From an uncultured delta proteobacterium (lineage in GTDB: Bacteria > Desulfobacterota > Desulfobacteria > Desulfobacterales > UBA2156), in contig CAVTQK010000015.1 of the NCBI GenBank assembly GCA_963736855.1, positions 640,001 to 704,000 of the forward strand: a DNA stretch of 64,000 nt. The letters are read 5' to 3'. This document shows positions 63,731 through 64,000 of the stretch, in pieces (the stretch's first letter is position 1; every line of letters starts with the position of its first letter). A program made the position numbers and the translations under genes. The notes under the pieces were generated by a model. The model was not told the origin of the DNA, ran no database searches, and worked only from the letters and a program-made list of their open reading frames with translations.

Positions 63731-64000
63731 TCACGCAGAGTTCTTTTTGGCCTTTAAAGGCATAATGGCATTTTCCGGGCAGATCTGGGCGCAGACCGCG
63801 CATCCTGTGCACAAGTTGAGATCGATATTGACCATTCCCTCCCAGATGAAAAAGGCCGGGCAGGCGATACTCAGGCAATCCCGGTGATTTTTGCATTTTT
63901 CAGTGACCCTGAACGGCTTTCCTTTGGCCAGGCCCAAACTCTTGGCATAAAGGACACACATTTCCTCGGAGATAACCACGGAAACCCCTTTAAATCGGAC
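63731..64000 (-). CDS. iorA: Indolepyruvate:ferredoxin oxidoreductase alpha subunit, C-terminal part
   Basis: Ferredoxin domain C..H..C...CPA and CTGCAVCAQICP, directly upstream of iorB. Confidence 0.85.
   Translation of the reverse strand, partial: VRFKGVSVVISEEMCVLYAKSLGLAKGKPFRVTEKCKNHRDCLSIACPAFFIWEGMVNIDLNLCTGCAVCAQICPENAIMPLKAKKNSA

Overview
64 kb from a probable Desulfobacterota (deltaproteobacterial) genome; the taxonomy is inferred from gene content and repeat families. Many single-base frameshifts near homopolymers suggest an unpolished long-read assembly. Bases 1-23.8 kb are a minus-strand Wzx/Wzy surface-polysaccharide locus (AsnB-type amidotransferase, glycosyltransferases, methyltransferase, flippase, deacetylase, O-antigen ligase, TPR protein, tyrosine kinase, chain-length regulator, Wza-like exporter, OM beta-barrel). 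It is interrupted at about 8.2-15.5 kb by an accessory hotspot. The hotspot holds decayed IS5-family relics, a 284-bp inverted-repeat-bounded GIY-YIG mini-element with a 37-bp empty relative, and a co-oriented array of MNT/HEPN-type toxin-antitoxin modules. These modules are separated by a 27-bp tripartite repeat whose flanks are permuted, as if the repeat were a cassette crossover site. The rest is core genome: ppdK, eno, pyrG, tolQRAB-pal-cpoB, ruvCAB, rplM-rpsI, a peptide ABC transporter, histidine kinases, paaK and iorAB. Seven MITE-like elements share termini and 4-bp target duplications. Best candidates for novelty: the repeat-punctuated TA cassette array, the GIY-YIG mini-element, the covarying structured MITE core, and a tyrosine kinase with an inserted MshEN-like module.
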